From: Anaeramoeba ignava BMAN
Lineage: Eukaryota > Protista > Anaeramoebae
DNA length: 64,000 nt
Reading direction: 5' to 3'
Assembly (NCBI GenBank): GCA_028826165.1
Contig: JAPDFW010000107.1
Span: 62,001-126,000, forward strand
How positions within the stretch are numbered: the stretch's first letter is position 1; the number at the start of each line of letters is the position of its first letter. The translations under genes were made by a program, and so were the position numbers. The notes beneath the pieces are model-generated. The model made no database searches. It worked only from the letters and a program-made list of their open reading frames with translations, and was not told the origin of the DNA. Shown here one piece after another: positions 12,001 through 24,560 of this stretch.

Positions 12001-13288
12001 TGAATTTTGTTTTTGGATTTTGATTTTGAATTTTATTTTGAATTTTGTTTTAAATTTTATTTTGAATTTTGTTTTGATTTTATTTTGAATTTATTTTAAA
12101 TTGTTTTGAATTTTATTTTGAATTTTGTTTTAAATTGTTTTGGAATTTGTTTTGAATTTTAATTTAAATTTTATTTTAAATTTTATTTTAAATTGTTTTG
12201 AATTTTGATTTTAAATTTTATTTTAAATTTTATTTTAAATTTTGATTTGAATTTTATTTTAAATTGTTTTGGAATTTGTTTTGAATTTGATTTGAATTTT
12301 GTTTTGAATTTTATTTTAAATTTTGTTTTGGATTTTATTTTAAATTGTTTTGAATTTTAATTTGATTTGAATTTTGATTTTGATTTTGTTTTAAATTGTT
12401 TTGGATTTTAATTTGATTTAAATTTTATTTTGAATTTTATTTTAAATTTTATTTTAAATTGTTTTGAATTGTTTTGATTTTGATTTGAATTTTGATTTAA
12501 ATTTTGATTTAGATTTTGATTTGGATTTTGATTTGGATTTTGTTTTTGAATTTTGTTTTGGATTTTGATTTTGAATTTTGTTTTGGATTTTAATTTGGAT
12601 TTTGTTTTTAATTTTGTTTTGAATTTTATTTTAAATTTTGTTTTAAATTGTTTTAGATTTTATTTTAAATTTTAATTTTGATTTTGATTTTGATTTTGTT
12701 TTAAATTTTATTTTAAATTTTATTTTAAATTTTGATTTAAATTGTTTTAAATTGTTTTGGAATTTGTTTTAAATTTTAATTTAAATTTTAATTTAAATTT
12801 TATTTTAAATTGTTTTGGAATTTGTTTTGAATTTGATTTTGAATTTTGATTTGAATTTTGTTTTAAATTTTATTTTAAATTTTGTTTTGAAATTTATTTT
12901 AAATTGTTTTGAATTTTATTTTGAATTTTGTTTTAAATTGTTTTGGAATTTGTTTTGAATTTTAATTTAAATTTTAATTTAAATTTTATTTTAAATTGTT
13001 TTGGAATTTGTTTTGAATTTGATTTTGAATTTTGATTTGAATTTTGTTTTAAATTGTTTTGGAATTTTGTTTTAATTTTATTTGAAATTTTAAATTGTTT
13101 TAAATTTTAATTTTAAATGTTTTTTTTGTTGTTTTTTGTTTTTTTAAATTTAACGTACTTTCTTCTTTTTTGTTTTCCTCAGCTTGTTGTGGTCCTGCAA
13201 AAAATGAAATACTTCTTCTTGATTTTGGTACTCTTTGAAGAAGTTTTCTTGGTTGTAAACCATATTTTGATTGAACTAAATTAGCCAT
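9031..13288 (-). CDS. Long coiled-coil protein with CC1 box (BICD/BICDR/Spindly/HAP1-type); exons 13288-13159 and 11303-9031
   Basis: EKDLLLAAEIGQTLLEKN (AAxxG); phase-1 GT..AG intron 11304-13158 joins the 62-aa ORF to the 749-aa ORF in frame (KEE-N-IDKVRVTLNQ). Confidence 0.75.
11340..13100. repeat. Degenerate (ATTTTG/ATTTTA/GTTTTA)n simple repeat filling a 1855-nt intron
   Basis: Direct inspection. Confidence 0.9.
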
Positions 13289-13388
13289 TGTTGTTATTAT
13301 TGTTTTTATTTTAAAAAAAAAAGAAAAGAAAAAAAAAAAGAATGAAAAAATGAAAAATGAAAAAATGAAAAAAAAAATAAATTTGTTG

Positions 13389-13419
<31 letters not shown>

Positions 13420-13566
13420 CTTGTTTTGTTTTGTTTTTTAGAAATTAAATTTTTCAATTAGATCTTTTTTGCTAAATTTAAATTAAAAAAAAATAATTAA
13501 AAAAAAAAACCAATTTTCGCATTTTTAAAAAATTTTTTTTTTCTTCTTTTTTTTTTTAATTTTTAT

Positions 13567-16500
13567 TTAAATTCTATTTAAAATTTTTTTTGTTAATTCT
13601 AATGATAAAATATCTTGTTCTTCTAATTCTAATCCTAATTGTTTTTCATTTTCATTTTCATTTTGATTAATTAATAAAATCATCAAAAAATCATTCAAAT
13701 TTTTTATTAACTTTGTTTTCTCTTCAATATCTTCACTTTTGATCATAAAAATATCACTTGCTATCATAATAACTTTTGTAATAAATCCTTTTCTTAATAA
13801 ATTTTCTTTGAGAAAACCTTTATTAATATCATTAACTAATTTCATTATTCTTGTTAATTTTTGGATCAAAAGAGTTAAATTATGCAACCTTAATTTGCTA
13901 TCCAAAATCAACTTCCCTTCAACTAATTTATCAAGACACCAATTAACAATCCAAAAACATTGTGCACTTTCTTCAAAAGAAAAAATATTGAATTCATTCG
14001 TAATAATCATATTGAAGATCTTTTCAACAACTATAAAATTTTCTTTTTGTGATTCTCCAAAAATCAAAATAAAATCAAATTTCTCAAATTGTTTGATTAA
14101 CCTCGCCATTTGATATTGAGAGAAAACAAGTCTGCAATCAATGTGCTTCTTCAATTCAGAATTTGGAGTCAAACACATAATTTCTGAAACCAAAAAAATC
14201 GCGTTTTGGAAAATTTCAAATTTTTCTGATGAAAATCTTTGGACAGAGTAATTGCTCCTGTTTTCTGTATTGATCACAAAATCAACAAGACATTTCCCAA
14301 TCATGACAAACTCTTCAAAACAGAACTTGATCAAGATTCTAAATTCGTTTTCTTTCATCAATTTTTCTTCTTGAGAAAAAAAGCTTTCAAATATTAGATA
14401 TCGATGATTTTTTTCTACATGACTTGTTGTAGTTTGGAAGGATGAATCTGAACGGAAAATTTTAATGAAAATGTTCAAAAGTAATTTAACCAATTTATTA
14501 ACCAAATTGATGCTCATTTGGAAATTTATCTGGGAATTGATCCATGACAAGACAGCAAAATTCTTTATCAAATCAATCATTGCATACTTGTTTTGGACAG
14601 CTCTTTCAACAACATCAATTATGAACTGCTTTGTAAGATAATCAGCACATTTTGAGGCAAAAAAACTAAAAAGAATCTCCGGAACGTATTTGTGCTTCAA
14701 TATTGAAAAATCCTCAAAAGTTTTCAATCCATTGATTACATTTCTGAGAAAGAATATCCGTTCTTGTTTGTATTCTATTGACGAGCTATTGAACAATTCA
14801 TAGAACATTGGCACGTCGTTCAAATTAATGAAAGGCTTTTGAATCAAGAAGTGGTTCACTCCCAAATACAAATGGTGACTTGGATGCATTAAAATATGTG
14901 CTGCTCTACAAAGAAAATATGTTATTATTGAAGGGATTCTTTGCCAAGGCTTTTCGATTGAATTTTTTAATACTTGGAGCAAAACACGCACTTGAAGTTG
15001 TTCACTAAATTGGTAAGAAGTGATGAATCTTCTTCGTGGAATTTGGATTTGATTTTGATTTTGATTTTGATTTTCTAATTGATTTTGATTGTCTTCTTTT
15101 GGAACATCCTTTTTGCGAGATACTTTGTCATAAATAAAAGACAAGATCTGATAAGAAATTTTTCGCATCCCTTCATCATGAGAAGATAATGCTGCTAAAG
15201 GAATAGTCAATCCCCCAGCATTGATGAGATATTTGATTTCAAGATCGGGATCAGATATCAAATAGTAATAGTACCATTGGAGTAGAAATGATGGATCATA
15301 TAAATCGGGATATTTGATTTCTTGATCTTCACGAATTTCATAATAATCACTTATTTTTTCAGGTCGAAGTGGTTGATTCACTGGAAACTTCGAAACCAAT
15401 TTGATAACTGACTTGAAATTTAGTTGAGAAAAAGGATTTCTTTTCCCAAAATTTTTTCCTGCTTCTAGTTTTTGGTTTCCCCAATCAAAATTAATTGCGG
15501 ATAAATATAAATCAGTTTTCTTTTCAAATTCATAGAATATTTGCAGAAGTAGAATATCTTTCACATTTCTTTTTGCTGTATATGAATTGAGCAATATTTC
15601 GAGAAGAGCTTTCCTCTCCCAAATTTTGGATGAATAATTCTTGACAATCGCATATACCAATTCAATAACTCCCAATCCCAAATATTTTCCTTCTTTTTCT
15701 TTTGTGATTGTTTCAATAAATTTCGAGTGCGATTGCAATAATTGGAAGCATGTTTTAATTGCATCTTCAGAATCAGGTTTTTGCGAAAGTAAAAAAACAA
15801 GATTTGCAAGTGATTGCATTGATTGCAAATGCGCAAATCTTTTGCGCAAAACTAGCTTTGCAAATCTCTCAAATTTTTTGTATTGATTTGCGCAAAAATA
15901 CTGGCTGATTTTGTTTTGGATTTCATAGTTTTTTTGTTGGAAATTGCGCAACTCTTCTAATAAAACAGTTTCTAACTCATTTGGTTCGTTGTTTTTTTTC
16001 CATAAAATTCTTAAAGTACCGAATATATATTTGAGAATTTTCACTTGACTTTGTGTTTGATAGAATTTGTGGATGATCCGATATTCTTGAACACAATTCA
16101 CAAAAAAATGCTTTTTTTTCTCTTCTTTCAATCCAAATCCCAAAATAAACTTGTTCATCACTTTGTATTCTTGAAGCAAGGATAAAAAACTGAGCACATT
16201 TTCGTAAAACATGGGAAATGAAACCAACAACTCAGGGTTGCGGATATCAATAATCTTTTTCGAAACAGATGTTTTCAAAGTAAATATCTGAATCAATTCT
16301 CCAATCGATTGAGAATTTAATGAAAAATGGTTATTCATACTGCCTATTATTTGGATCAGATTATTTTTATTCTTTTCAATATCCACAGACCCAATATTTT
16401 CAATGAAAATCTCACAGAAACGAACATTATGCTGTATCAACAAGCAAATAATCTTTGTTCTTATCAGATTCATCTGTTTCACACAAAAAAGGAAATATTC

Positions 16501-19500
16501 ATCACTAACAAAATAATGATACAAATTAATCTCTAATTGTGCATCATGATTGTCTTCCTTGTTTTTTTGTCTCAATAAAGATTGAGCCAGACACTCGTAA
16601 ATCAATTCCTCGCTAATTTGAATATTCAATGTATTTTTTAGTTGATCAAAATCCATCGCAATTTCAAGTAAGTTTCGAAAATCTTTTTGTGTAATAGCTT
16701 CTATTTTATGATTCAACGGAAAAAGCAAACTTTGAATGACTTCCATTTTTTCTTCTGGATTTTTGATCAATATATTTCCAAATCTAATGGCATTCAAAAG
16801 CTCCAAAGTTTTGCTTACAGGAATGATTTTTTGGAAAAGCTGGATATAACCAATAATTTTCTTATTCAATTCAGTGTTTTCTGGATCAAAATTGTAACTT
16901 ATAATTTTGTGAATAAAAGGTTGAATTAATTCGTTTTCTTCTTTTTCTTCGTATAAAGAAACTGACAAACATAAATGAATGATTGGATCTGTAAATTTGG
17001 ATTTCTTTTCGAGATCAAATAAAAATATAATTGTTTTATTTGTGAAAATGAGTTTCAAAAGTCTTTTATGATCGTTTGTTTTGGATGCATTTCTTGACTC
17101 TTTCAAATGCGAAATTGTTATGATTTTCTCAAGTAGTTTGATGCAAAGAATTTTGTCTTGATCTTTCGAAAGAATTTGAAGATAAAAAAGTATAATAGTG
17201 GAAATTTTGATATATTTTCTGGAATCACTAATTGAATTCAATCTATGGATGAAATAATCTTTAAATTTGGCATCATTTGATAAATCTTGGGATGTTTGTA
17301 ATTGTTGATGTTTGTGGTTTGGACTTGTCATGGTATTTTCTTGAATAAATTGTTTCTGTTTGATAACTTGTTGGTTCATAAAATTTCTCAGTAATATTTC
17401 TAGATCAAGAACATCCAAGATCTGGGTTTTGAAATTTAAATAGGAGAAGGGAGAGAAGCTTTGCTGAGGAGTTGATAAAGAGAAACAAAGACTCAACATT
17501 GATTGGGTATCTTTGATATTTTCCAAAAGGGATTCTGGGGAAGATTTTGCAAATAAATCATTTTCATTTGTAAATGGAGTATTTGATATGTGTTTTTTTG
17601 CTGTTTTTGGATCTTGCATTTCTTGGAAGAGATCCAATATCCAGAGCAAAGAGTTAAACAAGGGATGTGTTTCTATCATTCTATTTTGCGATAAATTTGG
17701 TTGAATATAAAATTTCTGGATTGCGCTTATCAATAATTTTGCTCGGATTTGCTCCAATTTCTGTATAAAATCAATAATTACAATGCTTATAAATGAAACA
17801 ATATTATTTAATGAAGATGGTGTTGTTTGTGTTTGTGTTGATTTTTTAGTTTTTTTGGTGATTTGTAGTTGTGATTCTCTGATTAATGAAAGTGCAATAA
17901 ATAATAGATGACTAAAAGAAGAAGAAAGGGAATCATGCTTTTCAAGAATCTCCAAAATAGGATCGATGTTTTGATAAGGTTTTTGCACAACTTTTGTAAC
18001 TAAAGTATCAAAAAATTGGATACAATCTAAATCTGGAGACAAAACTAAAGAATCAATCCATGATTCCATTTCCATTATTGGCTCTTGATTTTGTTTATCA
18101 TCATTTTCGTCATTTTCTCCAACTTTGGCAAATATGTTTGTTGATTTAAGAATCAAGATGAGAAGATCATACATTTTCTTGCTTACTAATTGTGATGTGT
18201 ATTTGGATGTTTCTTTTCTGGGATTGTATTTTTGTTGTTGCACATTTTTTCTAAGAAAATCAATAAGAACTCCAAAAAAAGTGAGTTTTTGAAATTTAGA
18301 TTTTTGAAACCAATTGATTTCTTGAATCGAAGAAGCTTGCGTTAATATTCTGATTATTTGTATTTGCGCATATTTATCAAACTTGAGGAAATGAGGAGAA
18401 ATTAAGCATGTGAAATCAAAACGTGATCCAACAATACTATCTGGCATGTATTTGATATAATAAGAAAATAGTCGAAGAATTGTAAAATAATGGAAATTAT
18501 CAATTTTATTTTCTTCAAAAGTATCTGCACAACGCTTTCTGATTGCAATTACTGTCTGGAGATCGGGAAATTGTTCTGTTAATAATTCAAGAGGGAATGT
18601 GATTTCAATTTTTGCGTTTTTATTTTCTTCTTCGATATTTTTATACAAAACTTCAGTAATTGATTCGATTTTTTTGAAAATGTGAGTGATTAGTAAAATT
18701 GTGTAATGTTGAACTAATCTATTTGAATGCAAAAATCCATGTGAAAGATTAGTTTTTGTTAATGAACGAGGAAAAATGAGATCCAAAAGAGTTTGACTTT
18801 TGATTTCATAAACATTAATTTGGTTTTCTAAATGGTTTTCATCAAATTGTATAATTTTAATAATATTTTTAGGAATATGTCGTGATACCAACTTCGAAAT
18901 AAAAAGAATATTCGAAATCCATTTCAAAGAAGGTCTTGGCTCAAAAGATACTTTAAGAGAAGTCAAATAAGGATTGTATAAATCATAGCAAGCATCCAAA
19001 ATAGAGAAAATCAAATCATGTTGTTCAAGATAATCTGTTGGTTGTAGTGTTAAAATTAATGCGAGTATCTGTTGATTTCTTAAAGGACCTTTTACTTTTT
19101 CAGGTTCATCATCAGAAATAATATCAGAAATTATATAATGGTTATCATTTTTTGATTTTGTAATGCACAAATCAGGCATATCGGGTTTATAAGAAATTCC
19201 ATTTGTGGGAGATATGCAGAGTATTTCTAAAAATTCAACAATAAGTGGTTTTAACGAAGATTTCTCTTGTTTATATTCCAAAATGTGATTAAAAAGCTTT
19301 CCAAATTGGTTCAGTACTTGCGATGTGAAACAACGTGATTTAATTTTTTTGCTGATTGCTGAATTCAATAAAACATTATTTTTGAGAGAAACAAGAATAC
19401 TCTTGATGGCTGAAGCAGATTGATATTGAAAATCTTCGAGAATTGAGTAGAAAATCTCTTGTGAACCAAGTAATTCCTTTATCACAAATAGATCTTCACT

Positions 19501-20154
19501 ATTGATAAAGGAAACAAAAAGATTAATAAAGAAACTTTTCAGTGAGTTTTCCATTTCCTTCTCAATATCATCGTAAATAAGAGTGTTTTCAATAATCACT
19601 TGTATTTTTTTCTTTGTAATTCTTCTTCTTTTAATATCAGCCTTTTCAAGCTTGTTTTCAAATTCTGCTTTTTTTTGCTTTGATTTTAAATTGAAAGATT
19701 TATTATATCTTTTGATTGAATAAGAAAATAAAGGCAGAATTTCTTGAGCAATTGCATTCGAATTTTCAAGCATTACTAAGAGAAGTTTCAAAGCAATTTT
19801 GAATTGAGATATTTGATTTGTAGAAAATATATGATAAAAAAGTTTCATTTTGTTTTTCAGAATTGTGTTGATTATATTGATTTTCACTTTTTGATTTACA
19901 AATTGGTTCAAGAGAATATTCTCAATTAATTTAAATAATTCTATTATTGGTGTTTGTAAATTTCCTCTATTTTTATGACAAATTTTCCATATCTTAAAAA
20001 TTTCAACTGATTTTGGTGATAAATTTATAAATTTTTCAAGAAAATCTTGTTCTTGAATCTCAAAATACAATTCACAAATTCCTTCTTTAATAATATTAAG
20101 ATCTGTCTCATTAAATTTACTTGCAATTTCTTGAATTTTTTGTTGGATTGACAT
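13567..20154 (-). CDS. URB1: Nucleolar pre-ribosomal-associated protein 1 (URB1/Npa1), intronless, 2195 aa
   Basis: N-terminal SFEPRPSLKW and FPDLQTV; C-terminal NopRA1 block YDPSFLL...LAALSSHDEGMRKISY...FLIQKPFINLNDVPMFYELFNSSSIEYKQERIFFL. Confidence 0.88.
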   Translation of the reverse strand: MSIQQKIQEIASKFNETDLNIIKEGICELYFEIQEQDFLEKFINLSPKSVEIFKIWKICHKNRGNLQTPIIELFKLIENILLNQFVNQKVKINIINTILKNKMKLFYHIFSTNQISQFKIALKLLLVMLENSNAIAQEILPLFSYSIKRYNKSFNLKSKQKKAEFENKLEKADIKRRRITKKKIQVIIENTLIYDDIEKEMENSLKSFFINLFVSFINSEDLFVIKELLGSQEIFYSILEDFQYQSASAIKSILVSLKNNVLLNSAISKKIKSRCFTSQVLNQFGKLFNHILEYKQEKSSLKPLIVEFLEILCISPTNGISYKPDMPDLCITKSKNDNHYIISDIISDDEPEKVKGPLRNQQILALILTLQPTDYLEQHDLIFSILDACYDLYNPYLTSLKVSFEPRPSLKWISNILFISKLVSRHIPKNIIKIIQFDENHLENQINVYEIKSQTLLDLIFPRSLTKTNLSHGFLHSNRLVQHYTILLITHIFKKIESITEVLYKNIEEENKNAKIEITFPLELLTEQFPDLQTVIAIRKRCADTFEENKIDNFHYFTILRLFSYYIKYMPDSIVGSRFDFTCLISPHFLKFDKYAQIQIIRILTQASSIQEINWFQKSKFQKLTFFGVLIDFLRKNVQQQKYNPRKETSKYTSQLVSKKMYDLLILILKSTNIFAKVGENDENDDKQNQEPIMEMESWIDSLVLSPDLDCIQFFDTLVTKVVQKPYQNIDPILEILEKHDSLSSSFSHLLFIALSLIRESQLQITKKTKKSTQTQTTPSSLNNIVSFISIVIIDFIQKLEQIRAKLLISAIQKFYIQPNLSQNRMIETHPLFNSLLWILDLFQEMQDPKTAKKHISNTPFTNENDLFAKSSPESLLENIKDTQSMLSLCFSLSTPQQSFSPFSYLNFKTQILDVLDLEILLRNFMNQQVIKQKQFIQENTMTSPNHKHQQLQTSQDLSNDAKFKDYFIHRLNSISDSRKYIKISTIILFYLQILSKDQDKILCIKLLEKIITISHLKESRNASKTNDHKRLLKLIFTNKTIIFLFDLEKKSKFTDPIIHLCLSVSLYEEKEENELIQPFIHKIISYNFDPENTELNKKIIGYIQLFQKIIPVSKTLELLNAIRFGNILIKNPEEKMEVIQSLLFPLNHKIEAITQKDFRNLLEIAMDFDQLKNTLNIQISEELIYECLAQSLLRQKNKEDNHDAQLEINLYHYFVSDEYFLFCVKQMNLIRTKIICLLIQHNVRFCEIFIENIGSVDIEKNKNNLIQIIGSMNNHFSLNSQSIGELIQIFTLKTSVSKKIIDIRNPELLVSFPMFYENVLSFLSLLQEYKVMNKFILGFGLKEEKKKHFFVNCVQEYRIIHKFYQTQSQVKILKYIFGTLRILWKKNNEPNELETVLLEELRNFQQKNYEIQNKISQYFCANQYKKFERFAKLVLRKRFAHLQSMQSLANLVFLLSQKPDSEDAIKTCFQLLQSHSKFIETITKEKEGKYLGLGVIELVYAIVKNYSSKIWERKALLEILLNSYTAKRNVKDILLLQIFYEFEKKTDLYLSAINFDWGNQKLEAGKNFGKRNPFSQLNFKSVIKLVSKFPVNQPLRPEKISDYYEIREDQEIKYPDLYDPSFLLQWYYYYLISDPDLEIKYLINAGGLTIPLAALSSHDEGMRKISYQILSFIYDKVSRKKDVPKEDNQNQLENQNQNQNQIQIPRRRFITSYQFSEQLQVRVLLQVLKNSIEKPWQRIPSIITYFLCRAAHILMHPSHHLYLGVNHFLIQKPFINLNDVPMFYELFNSSSIEYKQERIFFLRNVINGLKTFEDFSILKHKYVPEILFSFFASKCADYLTKQFIIDVVERAVQNKYAMIDLIKNFAVLSWINSQINFQMSINLVNKLVKLLLNIFIKIFRSDSSFQTTTSHVEKNHRYLIFESFFSQEEKLMKENEFRILIKFCFEEFVMIGKCLVDFVINTENRSNYSVQRFSSEKFEIFQNAIFLVSEIMCLTPNSELKKHIDCRLVFSQYQMARLIKQFEKFDFILIFGESQKENFIVVEKIFNMIITNEFNIFSFEESAQCFWIVNWCLDKLVEGKLILDSKLRLHNLTLLIQKLTRIMKLVNDINKGFLKENLLRKGFITKVIMIASDIFMIKSEDIEEKTKLIKNLNDFLMILLINQNENENEKQLGLELEEQDILSLELTKKILNRI

Positions 20155-20229
20155 TTTGATAAAAAAATAAAGAAAAATGAAAAATGAAAAAATGAAAAAA
20201 ATTTTTTTTTTTTTTTTTCATTTTTTTTA

Positions 20230-23200
20230 ATGTCTTTTTATAATCAAGAATTTATTAAAAAAGTTAATCAAAAAATTCAACAATTAATTTTAATAGAAGA
20301 TTCAAAGTAAAAGATTTAATTTATTTATAAATTTAATTTATAATTTAATTTAAAAAAAATTTTTTTTTTTAGAAATCAAATTATTCAAACAATTTCTAGT
20401 TTTTATGAAGAAATATGTCAAAATTTAATTGAAAAAAATATCTTTCATAGAATTTTATTTTCTTATTGGGAAAATCCAAAAATTAAATGTAATTAAAATT
20501 CCTTTTAAAAATTTAATTAAAAATTTTATCTTTTTTTCTTTTTTCTTTTTTTAGTTGATCATCTTTTTTTCAAAATTAATTTAGAAAATGAATCAATTAA
20601 TACAAGGGAATATTCAAATATTATCAAAATATGCAAAGATGGAATATCACATTTTATATCAATAATTTCTGAAATTGGAATTTATGTATAAAATATAAAA
20701 TTGAAAATTTAAAAAAAAAAATTATTAATGTTTTATTAATTTGTTTTTGGATTTAAAGATGAATTATGATTTAGTGCAAAATTTAATTGAAGAAGATTTT
20801 AATGCATTTTTTATGATACTTTTTTCTTATTTCGCAAATTTACAAAGTCCTTTAAAACTTATTGAATATTTTTATGATAAAATCATTGATAAATTTGAAT
20901 CTAATTTTGAGACGTTATTCCAAAAGCAATCCAAAACAATTCTTAAAAAAACACATAGAATTCTTAAATTGGATGTAATTAAAAAAGAAGAGAATTTATC
21001 ATCCAAAATTTATCGAACAATCAATTTGTTCAAAAAAATGGAAAAGGAAAAAGAAAAAGAAAAAGAAAATTTAAAAAAAACGAATTTAGAGTTTCCAAAA
21101 ATAGGTCCATTTGAAATATTGTGTTTTAAAATTGCAAGAGAATGTTATAATATTGATTTATTGTTAGAAAAATTTATATGTTTAGAATTTGCATTAGAAC
21201 ATCCTTATGAATGGAAGAAAGTCATCAAAAACAAACAACAAAAAATAATTTCCAAATAATTTTTTATTAGTCAAGTTTTTCACAATTTTAAGAGAAATAA
21301 TTGTTGGTGTTAATATTGAAAAAAATGCTAATTTTGGATTTGGAATGAGAAGAAAATTTCAGAAAATTGCTCTTTTGATTTACCAACAATTGAATCTAAA
21401 ACAACAAGAAAAGATTCGAGAATTTTGTTGGTTTGGAGCATCTGATGAATATTGTAATTCAATGTTTGCAGGATTTTTTAATGAAAAACTTATTTCACGC
21501 AAAGTTACATCCTGTTTCAATCGAATTGATTCAGATCAAAATTCATTTGGAGGAAATGAATCAGAAAGCAACAAGTTATCATCTGAGTTATCGACTCTTA
21601 TTCTTGTATCACCTGAATCCGTTATTGAAAAATTCATTATTAATTGTATCAATAGCTCTGAAAAAGGGAAAATTCTAATTGAAATTTTCACAAATCATTT
21701 CTCTTCTTTATTCACATTGAAAATCAACGAAAGCCAATTCCCAACAACTTTCCTACGTTTTATTGACAAATACATTTCGTTTTCGTCTCAAATAATCAAT
21801 TCTTTTGATCATTACAGATACAATTTTTTGGTTTTATTAGAGAAGTTATTCTCGTCGTATTTGATTAATGTTTATGACTTTATTAAATTTTCTTTTGTAA
21901 AGTTGGCGTATCAAATGTGTAATTTCCTAAAGAACAAACATGGCAATCATTTCATTGATATTGTTCTTGTGACAAAGATTATTCCAATAATTACAGAATT
22001 GGTAGTTTCCAAATCAAAGGAAAATCCGCAAGTTGAAGAAATGAAAATTGAAGAGCTTCAATCACTTCTTGTTTTTTTGAATCATAGAAAATATCTTGGA
22101 ATTAGTTTGCAAGAAATTGTTTATAGTTCTGTTAAAATACTTCTTGAGAATATTGAGAAAAGTCAAAATGAAGAAAAAATAAAGAGAATTTGCGAAAATA
22201 GCTTATCAATGGATTGGAGGATTCAATTAATGATATTTCCTTTTTTTGAGCAAATGTTTTTGGAAAATGAAAATTTTGATTTATTATTTCAAATATTTTA
22301 TAAATATTCCAATTATTTAGAAACGAATTCTCAAGTTGATATATTTAGTTTGCTTTTAAAAGAACCAATAATTTTGGAAGATGTAAATCATGAAGAAAAC
22401 CAAATTTTTAATTTTGTAAATGTAATTTTGAAAGTTTCTATGATTTCTACTTTTTGGACAAATTATGTTGTTGAAAATTTATTTTATTCATTTCAACAAG
22501 ATGGAATGCAAAAAATTGGGAATAAAAAGGATTTTGAGAAATATTTGATGAAATCATTAAGTATTTTATTATCGACATTAACCAAAGAAGAATTTGAACA
22601 AATATTTTATGAGCTTATTCCAAAAATGATTTCATATAAAATTTTAGATTTATATGAAGAAGATTTTCTAATAGATTCAGATTCAAATTCAGATTCAGAT
22701 TCAGAATATTTTTTGCCACTTTCTTCACTTTTCCTTAAAAAAATTATAATTCAAAATTTTGATCAAGAAAATGAATTACATCATTCAAATTTTGTTATTA
22801 TTAATTCAATTGATTTTTTACAAAAAGGATTTGAAAAAGCGAAATTAATTCAAACCAAAATATTTTATTTATCTATTTCTTGTAATTTATTTATTTATTA
22901 TTCTTTAAATGATTTTTCAATGAGTTTTGATTTAGATCGATTAAAAATTTTAATTTTGTTTTTAATTCAAGTAATTATTGAGAAAATCAATGAATTCAAA
23001 AATGAATTAGAACATCAAAATCAAAATCAATTAGAAAATCAAAATCAAAATCAAAATCAAAATCAAAATCAAAATCAAAATCAATTAGAAAATCAAAATC
23101 AAAATCAAAATCAAAATGAATTAAAAAATGAAATGAAATTAGAAAATCAAAATCAATTAGAAAATGAAATGAAATTAGAAAATCAATTAGAAAATCAATT

Positions 23201-24341
23201 AGAAAATCAAAATCAAAATCAAAATCAAAATCAATTAGAAAATCAATTAGAAAATCAAAATCAAAATCAAAATCAAAATCAAAATCAAAATCAAAAACAA
23301 AATCAAAATCAATTAGAAAATGAAAATCAAAATCAAAATCAATTTCAAAATAATAATCAAAATCAAAATCAATTAGAAAATCAAAATCAATTTCAAAATC
23401 AAAATCAATTTCAAAATCAATTAGAAAATCAAAATCAAAATCAAAATCAAAATCAAAATCAAAATCAAAATCAAAATCAAAATCAAAATCAAAATCAAAT
23501 TCAAAATCAAAATCAAAATCAAAATCAAAATCAAAATCAAAATCAAAATCAAAATCAAAATCAAAATCAAAATCAAAATCAAAATCAAAATCAAAATCAA
23601 TTAGAAAATCAAAATCAAAATCAAAATCAAAATCAATTTCAAAATCAATTAGAAAATCAATTAGAAAATCAAAATCAAAATCAAAATCAAAATCAAAATC
23701 AAAATCAAAATCAAAATCAAAATCAATTTCAAAATCAAAATCAAAATCAAAATCAAAATCAAAATCAAAATCAAAATCAAAATCAAAATCAAAATCAAAA
23801 TCAAAATCAAAATCAAAATCAATTAGAAAATCAAAATGAATTAGAAAATGAAAATCAAAATCAAAATCAAATTCAAAATCAAAATCAAAATCAAAATCAA
23901 AATCAATTTCAAAATCAAAATCAAAATCAAAATCAAAATCAAATTCAAAATGAAAATCAATTAGAAAATCAAAATCAAAATCAATTTCAATTAGAAAATC
24001 AAAATCAAAATCAAAATCAAAATCAAAATCAAAATCAAAATCAAAATCAAAATCAAAATCAAAATCAAAATCAATTAGAAAATGAAAATCAATTAGAAAA
24101 TCAAAATCAAAATCAAAATCAAAATCAATTAGAAAATCAAAATCAAAATCAAAATCAAAATCAAAATCAATTTCAAAATCCAAAAAAAAATAATCAAGTT
24201 GAAAAGGATTTGAATTATTTAAAAAATAAATTTTCTTTTATTAAACAAATAATTGAAAATTTTATTGTAAATATTAAAGAAGAAACATTAAATTTACTTT
24301 TAAATGATTTTTTGAAATTGATTTTAAAATTAAAAAATTGA
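20230..24341 (+). CDS. Alpha-helical protein, possibly Gemin4-like, with about 390-aa poly-NQ insert; about 5 exons (introns about 20307-20372, 20489-20554, 20686-20758, 21221-21275)
   Basis: ATG at 20230; GT..AG introns join ORFs 20741-21259 and 21345-24341 in frame; VTSCFNRI...STLILVSPESVIEKF recalls Gemin4 (from memory, tentative). Confidence 0.55.
23010..24180 (+). repeat. Coding (AATCAA)n microsatellite encoding (NQ)n with LE/FQ interruptions
   Basis: Stays in frame within ORF 21345-24341. Confidence 0.95.
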
Positions 24342-24560
24342 TCAATAAAATAAAAATTTAATTAAAAAAGAAAAAGATTTTTTTTTTAATTTTTTTTCTT
24401 ATTGATCAATTTTCTTTTTTTTTTTTCTTTTTTCTTTTAATTTTCTTTTTTTTCAATTTTTTCAATTACGTTTCCATTTTTTTTTTGTTTCATTTTTTTT
24501 TCATTTTTTTTTTTACTTATTAAAAAAAAATTTATTATTATTAAAATTAAAATTTACAAA

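Noticed and set aside
22996-24183. 395-aa minus-strand (DF)n ORF
   Set aside because: Antisense reading of the poly-NQ microsatellite
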